DNA from: a virus
Lineage: Duplodnaviria > Caudoviricetes
Strand: one strand, 5' to 3'
Length of the DNA: 64,000 nt
IMG/VR virus record: IMGVR_UViG_2518645594_000001
Coordinates: 12,431 to 76,430 of that record
Shown: positions 38,887-48,000 of the stretch, piece by piece
How positions within the stretch are numbered: the first letter of the stretch is position 1
Layout of the letters: every line of letters starts with the position of its first letter
Translations under genes and position numbers: made by a program
The notes under the pieces: model-generated
What the model saw: only the letters and a program-made list of their open reading frames with translations
The model's database searches: none
What the model was told of the DNA's origin: nothing

Positions 38887-39193
38887 CGTCGCCTTCCTCA
38901 GCCGTTTCAAGGACCAGTTGTTCAAGGGATACGAATCCGACGGGAGTCAGTTCCCAGCACGGCGGCAATTCGCAGTAGCCGAACTCACCGTACTGTCCAG
39001 GGAAGTAAGCGCAGTCGAACACATACGATCCGGCGCCCTTATCGAACGCATCGCCGTCAGCCATTTGATTTTCGATCTCCTGCAGTCGCTCCACGGTGAT
39101 GCGACCGCTGACTGCCGTGATGAAGGTTTCATCGCCTTCACCCATGTGCAGCACTTCAACAATCAGGTCTTTCCTGAAGAGGTCGATGTTCAT
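38879..39193 (-). CDS. Acidic hypothetical protein
   Basis: Coupled ORF in the nin region. Confidence 0.65.
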   Translation of the reverse strand: MNIDLFRKDLIVEVLHMGEGDETFITAVSGRITVERLQEIENQMADGDAFDKGAGSYVFDCAYFPGQYGEFGYCELPPCWELTPVGFVSLEQLVLETAEEGDDD

Positions 39194-39321
39194 CCCACCA
39201 CCTCACACTCAGGCCAGATCAACTGCGCCTCACGCAGCGCACCCGCACGGTCCAGGCTCTGCTCCATCAGCACCATCTGGAAGGCCTTGGGGCCTACGAT
39301 TACTGTCCATACGCGCTTCAT
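39190..39321 (-). CDS. 43-aa hypothetical protein
   Basis: MKRVWTVIVG...IWPECEVVG; ATGA-coupled, GAGG RBS. Confidence 0.6.
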   Translation of the reverse strand: MKRVWTVIVGPKAFQMVLMEQSLDRAGALREAQLIWPECEVVG

Positions 39322-39752
39322 GGGGTCACCTCAGGCTCGTCTGGGTAAGGCATCCAATGCGTTGGCACAAGATCACCATCCAGTCGCTCAACACCGTCAG
39401 GGCCGTAGCACCATGCGTCTTCGCTGTACTGCTCTTCCTCGCTGTAATCGCCGCTTTCTCGATCTTTGTCTGTCATGAACGTGTCGGCGCAGGTGAGCTG
39501 TCCGCTGATCACGCCGCAATCCTCGCGATAGAACAGAACCTCGACATGCTTGGGGCATGACTCCATCGGCTGCCAGCCGGTAGCGGCACGGGATCGTTGC
39601 CACCACTTCCATGCAAATTGAGCGGCGTCCCCTGCGTATTTCTCGGGGTCGATACGGCTACGTGTTGGCTTACGACCTGGCGGCGGCTCGTCACCTCGCA
39701 TCACATCGGCCCAGTACGCCTCGAACTCTTCGCGCATTTTGTTGGTGTCCAT
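39318..39752 (-). CDS. Hypothetical protein, DUF551-like C-terminus
   Basis: WQPMESCPK...PTHWMPYP. Confidence 0.7.
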   Translation of the reverse strand: MDTNKMREEFEAYWADVMRGDEPPPGRKPTRSRIDPEKYAGDAAQFAWKWWQRSRAATGWQPMESCPKHVEVLFYREDCGVISGQLTCADTFMTDKDRESGDYSEEEQYSEDAWCYGPDGVERLDGDLVPTHWMPYPDEPEVTP

Positions 39753-39979
39753 CAGTGCTGCTCCTGCATGAAGGCGGCCATGTGGCCCATCTGCTCGACG
39801 ATTGCGTTTTCTTCGGCCATGACCGCGGCAGAGATTTTTTCTTTGCGTCCCAGGCAACGCCGGCAATCAACCCGAGACCACTCGCCGGTGAGGTTGCTTT
39901 CCTCTCCAAGCCAAGTGCCGCAAGCGGCCTGCTCCGTCGACTCATCGCTCTGGGGGTGGGGGTCGTAGTGCGTTCTCAT
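39752..39979 (-). CDS. Small Zn-finger-like protein
   Basis: H...CG...VDCRRC. Confidence 0.65.
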   Translation of the reverse strand: MRTHYDPHPQSDESTEQAACGTWLGEESNLTGEWSRVDCRRCLGRKEKISAAVMAEENAIVEQMGHMAAFMQEQH

Positions 39980-40122
39980 GGCCGCGCCTCCATGCGATTG
40001 AGGCAGGTTTTGCAGGTAACCTTTTCAGGCTGGTCTGTGAACTGGGTGGCCCGAACCTTGCGGCCGCACTTCACGATGATGAAGCCCATGTAGGCCATGC
40101 GGTGCCACATGTGGGTACGCAT
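39976..40122 (-). CDS. Small Zn-finger-like protein
   Basis: H...CG...VTCKTC; similar pattern to its neighbour. Confidence 0.55.
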   Translation of the reverse strand: MRTHMWHRMAYMGFIIVKCGRKVRATQFTDQPEKVTCKTCLNRMEARP

Positions 40123-40847
40123 CACTTGCACTCCTTGCCGGCCACAGGACCGCGCTTGATGTTCAACTTGGCCAGCAGGTGTGCACGGCACGCGGCGGCG
40201 CCAGTGGGAACCTGCTGTACTTCGAGCAGGCGCGCCTGGCGTTGCGCGGCGTACTCGTCGGCCAACTGCGCAGCGCCCTTTTGGCTGTCGTGGCCGATGC
40301 CGGTGGCGATCTTGCCGTCGAGCGGTTCGCCTTCTTGGGCGCGGCGCAGGACGATCTGGTATGCCCGGTCGAAGCGAGCCTGCAGGCCCTTGTCGTTCTG
40401 CTGGGCCGATCGCAGGTCGAACAGGCCCGTGGCCACGGCGGCGATCTTCACGCCCTCGTGGCTGTACACACCCAGCAGGGCCTCGACCCAGGCAGCGGCC
40501 GGCGCCGGCATGCCGAAGTCCTCGGGCGTCGGCTGGCACATGGCGATGAACTCACCCACGCTCGGCGCGAATGGCTTCTTGAGCTTGCGGCACTTCTCGA
40601 TGCCGAACTCGATCTGCTCCAGCGTGCGGATACCCTCGGAGGCGAACTCCTTGATCCACTCCTCCTTGGCAGCGGCCAGGGCCTCGGTGGACGGCCAGGC
40701 TTGGCGCCAGGCCGGGAAGATGCCGCGCAGGCGGCGGAACAGGTCGTTGACCACCTCGGCAGTCTCCAGCGAGACCACAACCGGGCCACCGTGCAGCTCT
40801 GGCGGACGGTTCTTCATCGCAGCCATTAGTTGGTTTGCTGATTTCAT
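40122..40847 (-). CDS. Replication protein P (helicase loader)
   Basis: LF..L..IFPAW, EWIKEF..EGI.T.EQI..G...R....FAPSVGEFI..C. Confidence 0.88.
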   Translation of the reverse strand: MKSANQLMAAMKNRPPELHGGPVVVSLETAEVVNDLFRRLRGIFPAWRQAWPSTEALAAAKEEWIKEFASEGIRTLEQIEFGIEKCRKLKKPFAPSVGEFIAMCQPTPEDFGMPAPAAAWVEALLGVYSHEGVKIAAVATGLFDLRSAQQNDKGLQARFDRAYQIVLRRAQEGEPLDGKIATGIGHDSQKGAAQLADEYAAQRQARLLEVQQVPTGAAACRAHLLAKLNIKRGPVAGKECK

Positions 40848-41596
40848 GTGCGCACCATCAGCCCTTCGGCCCAGGATGAGTCGTTGAAGTCGGGTTCGTT
40901 GTTCTGGCGCCGCTGGCCCTGCTGTGCACCTGGCAATACCTTCTCCGGGAACAGGCCGGTCCAGCCGTTGCTGATCGACTGGTTGATCACGGCGTCAGGC
41001 GCGTGGTGGCCGGCCAGTGTCTTGGTTTGGCGATCGCAGGTCGTCTTGGTCAGGCGCTTGCCGATCTCGCGGCGGTGCTGGCACCAGTCGGCCCAAGTGG
41101 CCGGGGTGACGTTGGGCGGGCAGCAGGTCAGAGGGTCAAACTTCGAAGCCTTGCGCGAAGCGGTCGTGGACGCCTTGGCGGCCGCGCGCTCACCCTCAGT
41201 TGTACTGTTGCTCTTTGTATTACTCTCCTCCGCCTTTTCCGAATAGGGGTCACCGCCTTTTCCGAATAGGGTCGCAGCGTTTTCCGAATAGGTATTCGAC
41301 TTTCCGAATAGGTTCGTGAGGCGCACACGACGCTCTACAACCTGCCGGCCATCGCGGATCAGCTCGACCCGCAAAAGGCCCTTGGCTGAGAGGGCGCTGA
41401 TGATCTCTGACACGCGGGAGCTCGACAGGCCGAAGAACCTGGCGAAGTGGCTGTTACTGGCGTAGCAGCCGCGCACGGGGTCTTGCAGGCTGCCGATCTC
41501 AACCATCATTACCTTCTCGGTGATCGACAAGGAGTGATCGAGCCAGACCTCGGCAGGGATCCAGACACCTTTGAATTGACGCGGGATGTCGGTCAT
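40844..41596 (-). CDS. Replication initiator (O-like, N-terminal HTH)
   Basis: FKGVWIP..W, CYASN.HF HTH, W.DW..HR, NGWTGLF. Confidence 0.85.
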   Translation of the reverse strand: MTDIPRQFKGVWIPAEVWLDHSLSITEKVMMVEIGSLQDPVRGCYASNSHFARFFGLSSSRVSEIISALSAKGLLRVELIRDGRQVVERRVRLTNLFGKSNTYSENAATLFGKGGDPYSEKAEESNTKSNSTTEGERAAAKASTTASRKASKFDPLTCCPPNVTPATWADWCQHRREIGKRLTKTTCDRQTKTLAGHHAPDAVINQSISNGWTGLFPEKVLPGAQQGQRRQNNEPDFNDSSWAEGLMVRT

Positions 41597-42327
41597 TGGC
41601 CGCGCTCCTTGGCCATGGCTGCGTCATAGTCGATACCCAGGGCTTCAGCCCGGCGCCTCGCCCGGTTTCCGTTACGCAGCGCGCCCTCGCAGAAGTCATA
41701 CTCCGGCCGTTCCGGTGGATATGCGTCAGCCGACATCGCCTGATCGAGAGCAGCGCGCAGGTTCTCGCTGTAGTTCTCGCCGATTACGCGCTCATGCGGC
41801 TTGTCCATCCAGCGGCCAACGATCTCAATGGAGCTGCTGTAATCGCCAGTGCCAGCGAGGGCGCTACTAGCGTTACGGATGTCCCAGCCGTTAGTCTCCA
41901 GGGCGTCGATTCGCTCCTTGTCCTTACGGAGCGCCTCGTTCTCGGCCTTGAGCTTGTCGATCTCCGCCTGCAAGCCCCAGACTTTCGCCTGAAGATCACC
42001 ACGATGCGCGGTTTCGCTAACAAGGCGTTCGCTTGCAACGGCCAGTGCCGCAGAAGTTCGGCCATCGCCATTGCATACCGTGCAGTGCCCGAGCCGCTCA
42101 AATGAGTCAGGACCGTGATAGGAAACGTGGATTTCCTCGCCGGAACCGCTGCAGGCTGGGCAGTAGTAGCCAAGCGCTGCCTTCGCGGCATCCCAGCCAT
42201 TCCAGGCCGAACCTACGTCAGGAATAGCATCCCACACGATGTGGCCGGCGTCGGAGATGGCGTCATCCAGCCACTTGTTGAAGTCGGGGTCTTGCCACTG
42301 CTGGCGATCTTGCTCACGGCTTCTCAT
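41593..42327 (-). CDS. Hypothetical protein with a CxxCxGxG Zn finger and coiled coil
   Basis: CPACSGSG...CTVCNGDG; coupled to flanking genes. Confidence 0.65.
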   Translation of the reverse strand: MRSREQDRQQWQDPDFNKWLDDAISDAGHIVWDAIPDVGSAWNGWDAAKAALGYYCPACSGSGEEIHVSYHGPDSFERLGHCTVCNGDGRTSAALAVASERLVSETAHRGDLQAKVWGLQAEIDKLKAENEALRKDKERIDALETNGWDIRNASSALAGTGDYSSSIEIVGRWMDKPHERVIGENYSENLRAALDQAMSADAYPPERPEYDFCEGALRNGNRARRRAEALGIDYDAAMAKERGQ

Positions 42328-43124
42328 GCTGCACCCCGCACGGCCTTGTCGTGGGTGTGCAGGCCGTCCCAGTTCTTCTTCATGGGTAGCTCGCCGGACA
42401 GGTACAGCTCGTACAGGCGAGTTGCCCCCTTGCGCAGGAGGATCGGCGTATAGCTGATGAATGGGTCTTTACCGTGAGGAGCGACCTCGTGCTGGTGTTC
42501 AGTCATGTACTTGTCGCGGGCGTAGGCGGCCACGCGGTACCGGGTACCAGACTTGCTCTCGTTGTAGAGCCAATTGCGGCCTTCGAGGAAGTGGCCGACC
42601 TGCATCACATTGACCCCATTGAGGCCCTTGCAGAACTGGGTCGGGCTCATGCCCTCCTTGAACAGGTTTTCGAGGTGCTCGATCTTCGTGGCCTGGGCCT
42701 CTACCTGGACTGTGAGCAGCACGCGGGCTTGCTCTGCCTCATAGGCAAGTTGGATCAGCTCGAGGCGGGTCAGCTCGCGCGGCTGCGACTGTTCGTTGAG
42801 CTTCTGCACAACGACCCGGCGCACTGCCTTGGATTCGCGCATCGCCACCAGAAGACACTGATCCTTGGTCAGCATCAGGCCTTCGGAGGCCGGGCCGCGG
42901 GAATTCTTAACTACGAAACTTTCGTAGTATTCGCCGTCGAGTTCGTCCTTACAGCGTGCAGTGAAGTCGGCGCGCCGAACCTCACTCTCGCCGTGTTGCA
43001 CCCTGGCTTCATTAACCAGGACGAGCAGATCAAAGCTGCTCATCATGCGCGCCACAGAATCGTGCTTCGCGTTTTGTGGCGCGAGCAATCCTATGGGCTG
43101 TACACTTGGGGTCTGCATATGCAT
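42324..43124 (-). CDS. Phage antirepressor (KilAC-type C-terminus)
   Basis: VAMRESKAVRR, QFCKGLNGVN, LYELY..GELPMKK.WDG. Confidence 0.82.
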   Translation of the reverse strand: MHMQTPSVQPIGLLAPQNAKHDSVARMMSSFDLLVLVNEARVQHGESEVRRADFTARCKDELDGEYYESFVVKNSRGPASEGLMLTKDQCLLVAMRESKAVRRVVVQKLNEQSQPRELTRLELIQLAYEAEQARVLLTVQVEAQATKIEHLENLFKEGMSPTQFCKGLNGVNVMQVGHFLEGRNWLYNESKSGTRYRVAAYARDKYMTEHQHEVAPHGKDPFISYTPILLRKGATRLYELYLSGELPMKKNWDGLHTHDKAVRGAA

Positions 43125-43222
43125 AATTGGTCCCACTTATGTGATGTTGCAGAGAGCCGGGCCGCAATCCCGGCTTTTTTGTGCCTGTAAGAAGCCCGAA
43201 AGAGGGCCTCTGTCTTTCACAA

Positions 43223-43435
43223 TCAGGGAACATCGAGGCCCTTTTTGTGCCCTACCAGCCCCAACACCGGGGCCTTGTGTCGCATTTGTCTCAATTGCTC
43301 CTGGACCGCGAGTGAGCGACTCATTTCCAAGTACTCCTCCGTCGATCTATCCAGGCTCCAGCCAAGGTCGGCAGCCAGCTGTCGAACCTCAGCCTTCACC
43401 TCGACTGGCAGCAATTCGAAGGTGGTTTCAGGCAT
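43223..43435 (-). CDS. Small putative regulator
   Basis: GGAGG RBS; downstream of cro. Confidence 0.6.
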   Translation of the reverse strand: MPETTFELLPVEVKAEVRQLAADLGWSLDRSTEEYLEMSRSLAVQEQLRQMRHKAPVLGLVGHKKGLDVP

Positions 43436-43453
43436 AGGCCCTCCATAGGGGCT

Positions 43454-43663
43454 TCAGGCCGTCTTATCCTGCTCACCGGCGCCGTTCATTTCTCGGAGCA
43501 GATCAGCAGCGCCCAGGCGACGGCCAAGATTGGCCAGTTCGTGCACATAGGTAGCGAGCTGCATGCCGGCCATACGTGCTTCCATGCGCAGCTTTCGAAC
43601 CTCTTCAGGCTTCCAGCGCGACTTGATCACTTCGCTGCGTTTGTTGGCGGGGTCCAGGTGCAT
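43454..43663 (-). CDS. CII-position small regulator (RHH-like)
   Basis: DPANKRS.VIK.R, GMQLATYV. Confidence 0.65.
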   Translation of the reverse strand: MHLDPANKRSEVIKSRWKPEEVRKLRMEARMAGMQLATYVHELANLGRRLGAADLLREMNGAGEQDKTA

Positions 43664-43692
43664 TCAGGGATTTCCTTGTGATTGAAAAATGG

Positions 43693-43890
43693 TTACGCAG
43701 CCGACTTGCGAGCAGGTATTGGGCGAATCTCGTTCGCCTCAATGTGCCCGTCGTCGTGCATGGTGATTCGGATGTCCCGCTTGGCACGGAACATTTGGGA
43801 GACGGCGCTCTGCTGTATCCCCAGAGCCTTGGCGAGGTCGCTCTGGGTTCCATGCCCGGCCAGGTATTCCTCAAGGGAAACAGTGTTCAT
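43693..43890 (-). CDS. cro: Cro repressor
   Basis: HTH TQSDLAKALGIQQSAVSQM, E.RP.P; divergent from cI. Confidence 0.92.
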   Translation of the reverse strand: MNTVSLEEYLAGHGTQSDLAKALGIQQSAVSQMFRAKRDIRITMHDDGHIEANEIRPIPARKSAA

Positions 43891-43920
43891 CTGGTCTGCC
43901 TCATAGGGGTTTTATCGAAT

Positions 43921-43995
43921 ATTAGCACTGCTGTTTTACAATATTCAAGGACAAAGAGTAGCAGTGCTGTTTGCTTAAGGATCAGCTGTGCTACT
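43921..43995. promoter_or_regulatory. OR operator triplet with overlapping pR/pRM
   Basis: 15-bp imperfect palindromes ATTAGCACTGCTGTT (43921), AGTAGCAGTGCTGTT (43957), ATCAGCTGTGCTACT (43981). Confidence 0.85.
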
Positions 43996-44006
43996 AAATC
44001 ACGCGC

Positions 44007-44810
44007 ATGAAGAAACCCATCAGAACCCCTTTGTCCGCAGAGCAGCTTGCCGATGCTAAGCGGCTGCATGACATCTACAAAAAGCGTGCCAAAGAGTCTA
44101 GGGAAGATCCAACCAAGCCGGCCTTAACCCAGACCGAGGTCGGTGAGCGATGCGAATGGAAATCTCCTCAGAGCACTGTCAGTCAGTACATGACTGGGAA
44201 GGTAGCCTTGAATCTCGACGCGCTCGTAAAGCTGTCCGAGGCTCTAGATTTTGAGCCGGCCGAGGTAAGCCCTACTCTCGCCGCAGGCATCAGAAGAGTC
44301 TCAGCTGGGCAGCACCTAGACGATGAGGCGCAAGCCGCCAATTCGCCCCTGCCTGAATCGGCTGATGTTCCTCAGTCCGAAGATGAGCGCTATGCATTCG
44401 TTCCGCAATACGACGCGAAAGCAGCCGCGGGCCTGGGCAGCGAGAACCCTCATGTAGAGGTTCATTCCACGTTGGCATTCAAGCGCGACTGGCTGAAGTC
44501 AAAGGGCGTGAAGCCTGAAAGCCTGGCAGTTATCTACGCCGAGGGGCAAAGCATGTGGCCAACGATCAACGACCGCGACGTATTGCTTGTCGACAGGTCT
44601 CGTATCGAGCCGGTTGATGGTCAGGTTTTCGTCTTGACTGGCACCGATGGCGCCATCGTCAAGCGATTGATCCAAGGGCCGCTGGGACAATGGATCCTGC
44701 GTAGCGATAACGATGACAAGGATGAATACCCAGATCGCTCTCACCTGCGCAGCAAGGGGAATGAACACCGTATTATCGGCAAGGTTATCTGGCGAGGGGG
44801 GGATCTCTAG
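44007..44810 (+). CDS. cI: CI repressor (HTH + S24 peptidase)
   Basis: LTQ..VG...QSTVSQY HTH; AAAG cleavage site; GQSMWPT; VKRL; IIGKV. Confidence 0.93.
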   Translation: MKKPIRTPLSAEQLADAKRLHDIYKKRAKESREDPTKPALTQTEVGERCEWKSPQSTVSQYMTGKVALNLDALVKLSEALDFEPAEVSPTLAAGIRRVSAGQHLDDEAQAANSPLPESADVPQSEDERYAFVPQYDAKAAAGLGSENPHVEVHSTLAFKRDWLKSKGVKPESLAVIYAEGQSMWPTINDRDVLLVDRSRIEPVDGQVFVLTGTDGAIVKRLIQGPLGQWILRSDNDDKDEYPDRSHLRSKGNEHRIIGKVIWRGGDL

Positions 44811-44974
44811 CCCTCCTTAACGGCAAGGCGATGCAGATTCTGTAATCTGGTGACGTAATGTCGCGATGTCTAGGTCAGGATGTAAAAATTAAGGATGAGC
44901 ATCCCGCTCGCCATAATGTGAAATTGCAGTCTGATGTCCGGAACGCCAAATTCATGTAAATGCAGGGAGGCAAT

Positions 44975-45550
44975 GTGATACCACACTGGAACGCTGAAGG
45001 CACTCTTCCGCCTATCAATGAGGCAAACCCAACTGGATTCGACAGGGCTCCCTATGAGGTCACGCTGAAGGAGATAGTGGAACGCTTCGCGACCACGCTC
45101 GAGCGCTGTGATATTCTTGATGGGTACATCAAGCACCGAGCAGAGCTTCACAAAATGGGGCTGACAACAGGATTCCAGTGGCTTGATGGTAGCTTTTCAG
45201 AAGACATCGAGATGCTAGAGCATAGGCCGCCGCGAGATATTGATGTCGTCACATTCACCCCCGCAGATGACGCATTTGTTCAGGGCCTGACCCAGGAGCA
45301 AATCGAGCTGATCGGAGGTAATCAGAAGAAAATCAAGACTGATTACAAGGTGGATTTTTACGTGCAATCACTCTCCGATCCGGCGGATGTGCTGGTTTCG
45401 ATGACGACCTACTGGTACAGCATGTGGTCGCACAAGCGAACCGGGCAGTGGAAAGGCTTCCTCAAGGTGGACCTTTCACCGAACCTCGACGCTGAGGCTG
45501 TCATCTTACTCAACGAACGCCAGAAGGAGCTTGCAGATGAACAGATCTGA
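44975..45550 (+). CDS. Pol-beta-superfamily nucleotidyltransferase-like protein (DUF6932-like)
   Basis: WLDGSF...PRDIDVV (GS + DxD), distal VDFY; GTG start after GGAGG. Confidence 0.75.
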   Translation: MIPHWNAEGTLPPINEANPTGFDRAPYEVTLKEIVERFATTLERCDILDGYIKHRAELHKMGLTTGFQWLDGSFSEDIEMLEHRPPRDIDVVTFTPADDAFVQGLTQEQIELIGGNQKKIKTDYKVDFYVQSLSDPADVLVSMTTYWYSMWSHKRTGQWKGFLKVDLSPNLDAEAVILLNERQKELADEQI

Positions 45551-46439
45551 ATATGTCAGCAAGTCTGCAGAGCTTGGGTTTCTGGAAAAGCAAGCAGCAT
45601 CACCTGGCCTTAGCCGACTTACACTGCTATCCATTCAGTCTAGAATCGATCAGGCTCGGCAATTCCTGAATGAAAATAGTGGCTATGCCTATAAGCCTGC
45701 GCGCGTAAAGCTGACTTATCGTGGCGTGCCTGTGATCGGGACTCATGGGGTATTGGCAGAATTTGGAGCCGCGGCGACGAAGGCGTTCAGTGTAGCTATC
45801 ACCGCAATCGCCGCTTCGGTATCTGGAGCCCTCGCGGACAAAGGCCCAATTCCGAACAGGCTGGCTAATCAGCTGCTGATCACAGGCCCAGCACGGGGAT
45901 CCTTTGGTTTTGAGCTTGAAGAAATTCCAGCTGATAAGCAGCTTGACATCGAAGGAACCACTCCGGTTGCCCAAGCGATTGAAATCCTAACTGACTTGCT
46001 TGAAGGTACAACTAAAAGTGATGAAGAGCTCTCTGAGCCTTTATCGCGCCTTGCAGATCGAGCTATATCAGCGGTTTCCGATTTCTTATCCGAGTTGGCT
46101 GACAATGACGCGTCATGCGCGCTATCTACAGAGACTCGCAGCTTTAGGTTCGCGGATGTTGAGCAGGTCAAGCGAAGCAAGGCTAGGCTGAGCCGAGATA
46201 ACATCAAAGAGCAAGACGAAGAGATCAATGGATCCTTTGTAGGCCTACTGCCAGAAAAGCGCTTGTTCGAATTCAAAACTGTCGATGGTGAAGTTATTTA
46301 CGGTCGTATTCCTACCGACATCGCCTCACCAAATGTGATCAACAATAATCTCTACACGCCAGTCAAGATCGTTGTCACCGCCCGACGCATAGGCTCAAGC
46401 AACCCGAGATACAGACTCAAGACTCTGCCCTGGGCTTAA
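45537..46439 (+). CDS. Hypothetical partner protein, possible C-terminal OB-like beta domain
   Basis: 300 aa, overlaps the NTase stop, AAGGAG RBS, GSFGFEL motif, terminator after. Confidence 0.78.
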   Translation: MNRSEYVSKSAELGFLEKQAASPGLSRLTLLSIQSRIDQARQFLNENSGYAYKPARVKLTYRGVPVIGTHGVLAEFGAAATKAFSVAITAIAASVSGALADKGPIPNRLANQLLITGPARGSFGFELEEIPADKQLDIEGTTPVAQAIEILTDLLEGTTKSDEELSEPLSRLADRAISAVSDFLSELADNDASCALSTETRSFRFADVEQVKRSKARLSRDNIKEQDEEINGSFVGLLPEKRLFEFKTVDGEVIYGRIPTDIASPNVINNNLYTPVKIVVTARRIGSSNPRYRLKTLPWA

Positions 46440-46461
46440 TCACACCTCCGCTGTAGCTGCG

Positions 46462-46521
46462 AGCCCGCCCAGCGCGGGCTTTTTATGCCTGGGTGATGGC
46501 TGATAGCCATGATGGTAGAAT
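46462..46521 (+). repeat. Terminator + promoter boundary module, copy 1
   Basis: AGCCCGCC..GCGGGCTTTTT then GATGGCTGATAGCCATGATGGTAGAAT. Confidence 0.7.
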
Positions 46522-46548
46522 TGAGCCTCACATTTCAGGGAGGTTGGA

Positions 46549-47121
46549 ATGAAGCTCGGTTTAGGATTGGCAACACTGATTATTGCAGGGTCTGCAATTG
46601 CAGCACCAAAAAGCTCCTCGCCCAAGCCATGGGCCCAGGAGCCAGACAGCTTTATGGGGATCAGCTTTGATCAGAAGCTGGTGTATTCCCTCCCGCAATG
46701 CCCAGCAGGCTACGATCTGCCTACTGCAGCATGCCGTGGCGAACCCTACCAGGGGCTCTACACGATTAAAGGCACGCCTGCCATTGGCCTCGGTTACAGC
46801 CTATCCGCGATGGCTAAAACCGGCCCGGTTGATTACTTCTACCTCACAACGCATTCAGATGATTTCCTCCGGCTTGAGCAGCTCTTCATCAGCAAATATG
46901 GCCAGCCCTCGAAGCGCTCTACTGAAGTGGTCAAGACCAAGGTCGGCGCCGAGTTCACTAACGAGAGACTGCAATGGATCGGCAAAAAGGTTGAGATTCT
47001 TCTGCAGAAATATGACGGAGACATCGACACTAGCTCCGCAAGCCTGAACAGCCGTGCTGCTACGCAGCGATCGGAGATAGAGGGCGACCAAAAAATCCAG
47101 GAAGCTGCCAGTAAACTCTAA
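46549..47121 (+). CDS. Exported hypothetical protein (moron)
   Basis: Signal peptide, GGAGG RBS, KYGQP motif. Confidence 0.78.
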   Translation: MKLGLGLATLIIAGSAIAAPKSSSPKPWAQEPDSFMGISFDQKLVYSLPQCPAGYDLPTAACRGEPYQGLYTIKGTPAIGLGYSLSAMAKTGPVDYFYLTTHSDDFLRLEQLFISKYGQPSKRSTEVVKTKVGAEFTNERLQWIGKKVEILLQKYDGDIDTSSASLNSRAATQRSEIEGDQKIQEAASKL

Positions 47122-47140
47122 ACCTTCGGCTCAGTCGTAT

Positions 47141-47198
47141 AGCCCGCCTCTGAGCGGGCTTTTTTGGATACGATGGCGGATGGCCACAATGGTAGAAT
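47141..47198 (+). repeat. Terminator + promoter boundary module, copy 2
   Basis: AGCCCGCC..GCGGGCTTTTT then GATGGCGGATGGCCACAATGGTAGAAT (23/27 identical to copy 1). Confidence 0.7.
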
Positions 47199-47229
47199 GC
47201 CATTTTTATCTACGTTAGAGGCTTTAAGG

Positions 47230-47898
47230 ATGAAAGCAGTGGTAGCGGCCGTGGTTGCCATGGTAATTGCCGGTGGCGGATGGCTAGGCTGGAACAGGTA
47301 TGAGAGTGCCAAAGAAACAGAAGCGGCAGTTCAAGCCGTTCAGGTTTCTGCTTCCCAAGCAGAGCGCCAAATGAACGCTCGCACCGAGGATGGGATCACT
47401 TTCGATGAGTACTTCAAGCGTAGTGAGGCGGCGGTGGAGAGCATGGATAAGGAAATTTCCTCTCTTGAGGCCCTCCCATGGAATCACAACCCGTTCTACC
47501 GGGACATTGCTATAGCATTCATTGAGCAATCCAGGGCTCTCTTGCGCTTTGATCGAGCCGATACGCGCCTCCTCATGCAAGAGAACAGCGCATATGAGGA
47601 ATACGAGGATGCCAAAAAAGAACTTGACGAAGCTAAGTCTTCCGTGGCTAGAGACTGGGCCCTAAAAAGATTCATACGTAAAGGTGATGACCTAGTCGAG
47701 ATCATAAATAAGAAAATCATCTCCGTTAAGGAACGCGTAGACAAAGTGAAGAAGATGGTAGCAGCCGATGCTGCTGTGAAATCAGCCTTCGGTGCAGACA
47801 GAGGCCTAACTCAGGCTACTGTTGAAAAATTGGAAAAGTACGTCGAGTCCGCAAAGCCTGAGACGCCTGAGACGCCTGAGAAGGCCAGCGAAAGCTAG
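47230..47898 (+). CDS. Membrane-anchored helical hypothetical protein (moron)
   Basis: N-terminal TM helix, coiled coil, PET-PET-PEK tail. Confidence 0.75.
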   Translation: MKAVVAAVVAMVIAGGGWLGWNRYESAKETEAAVQAVQVSASQAERQMNARTEDGITFDEYFKRSEAAVESMDKEISSLEALPWNHNPFYRDIAIAFIEQSRALLRFDRADTRLLMQENSAYEEYEDAKKELDEAKSSVARDWALKRFIRKGDDLVEIINKKIISVKERVDKVKKMVAADAAVKSAFGADRGLTQATVEKLEKYVESAKPETPETPEKASES

Positions 47899-47915
47899 GT
47901 TGTGTCTCATAAGCG

Positions 47916-47940
47916 AGCCCGCCACTGAGCGGGCTTTTTT
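47916..47940 (+). terminator. Terminator of the immunity-region block (third copy of the hairpin)
   Basis: AGCCCGCCACTGAGCGGGCTTTTTT. Confidence 0.75.
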
Positions 47941-47957
47941 GTGGGCGGCAAAAAAAT

Positions 47958-48000
47958 ATCAGCACTGCTGTTGACTCGTGAATAACAGCAGTGCTACTTT
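47958..48000 (+). promoter_or_regulatory. OL operators and pL promoter
   Basis: ATCAGCACTGCTGTT (47958) and AACAGCAGTGCTACT (47984) match the OR sites; TTGACT...TACTTT. Confidence 0.82.

Noticed and set aside
47857-47883. 9-bp tandem repeat (cctgagacg)
   Set aside because: Short, in frame and in a low-complexity C-terminal tail; no sign of phase variation
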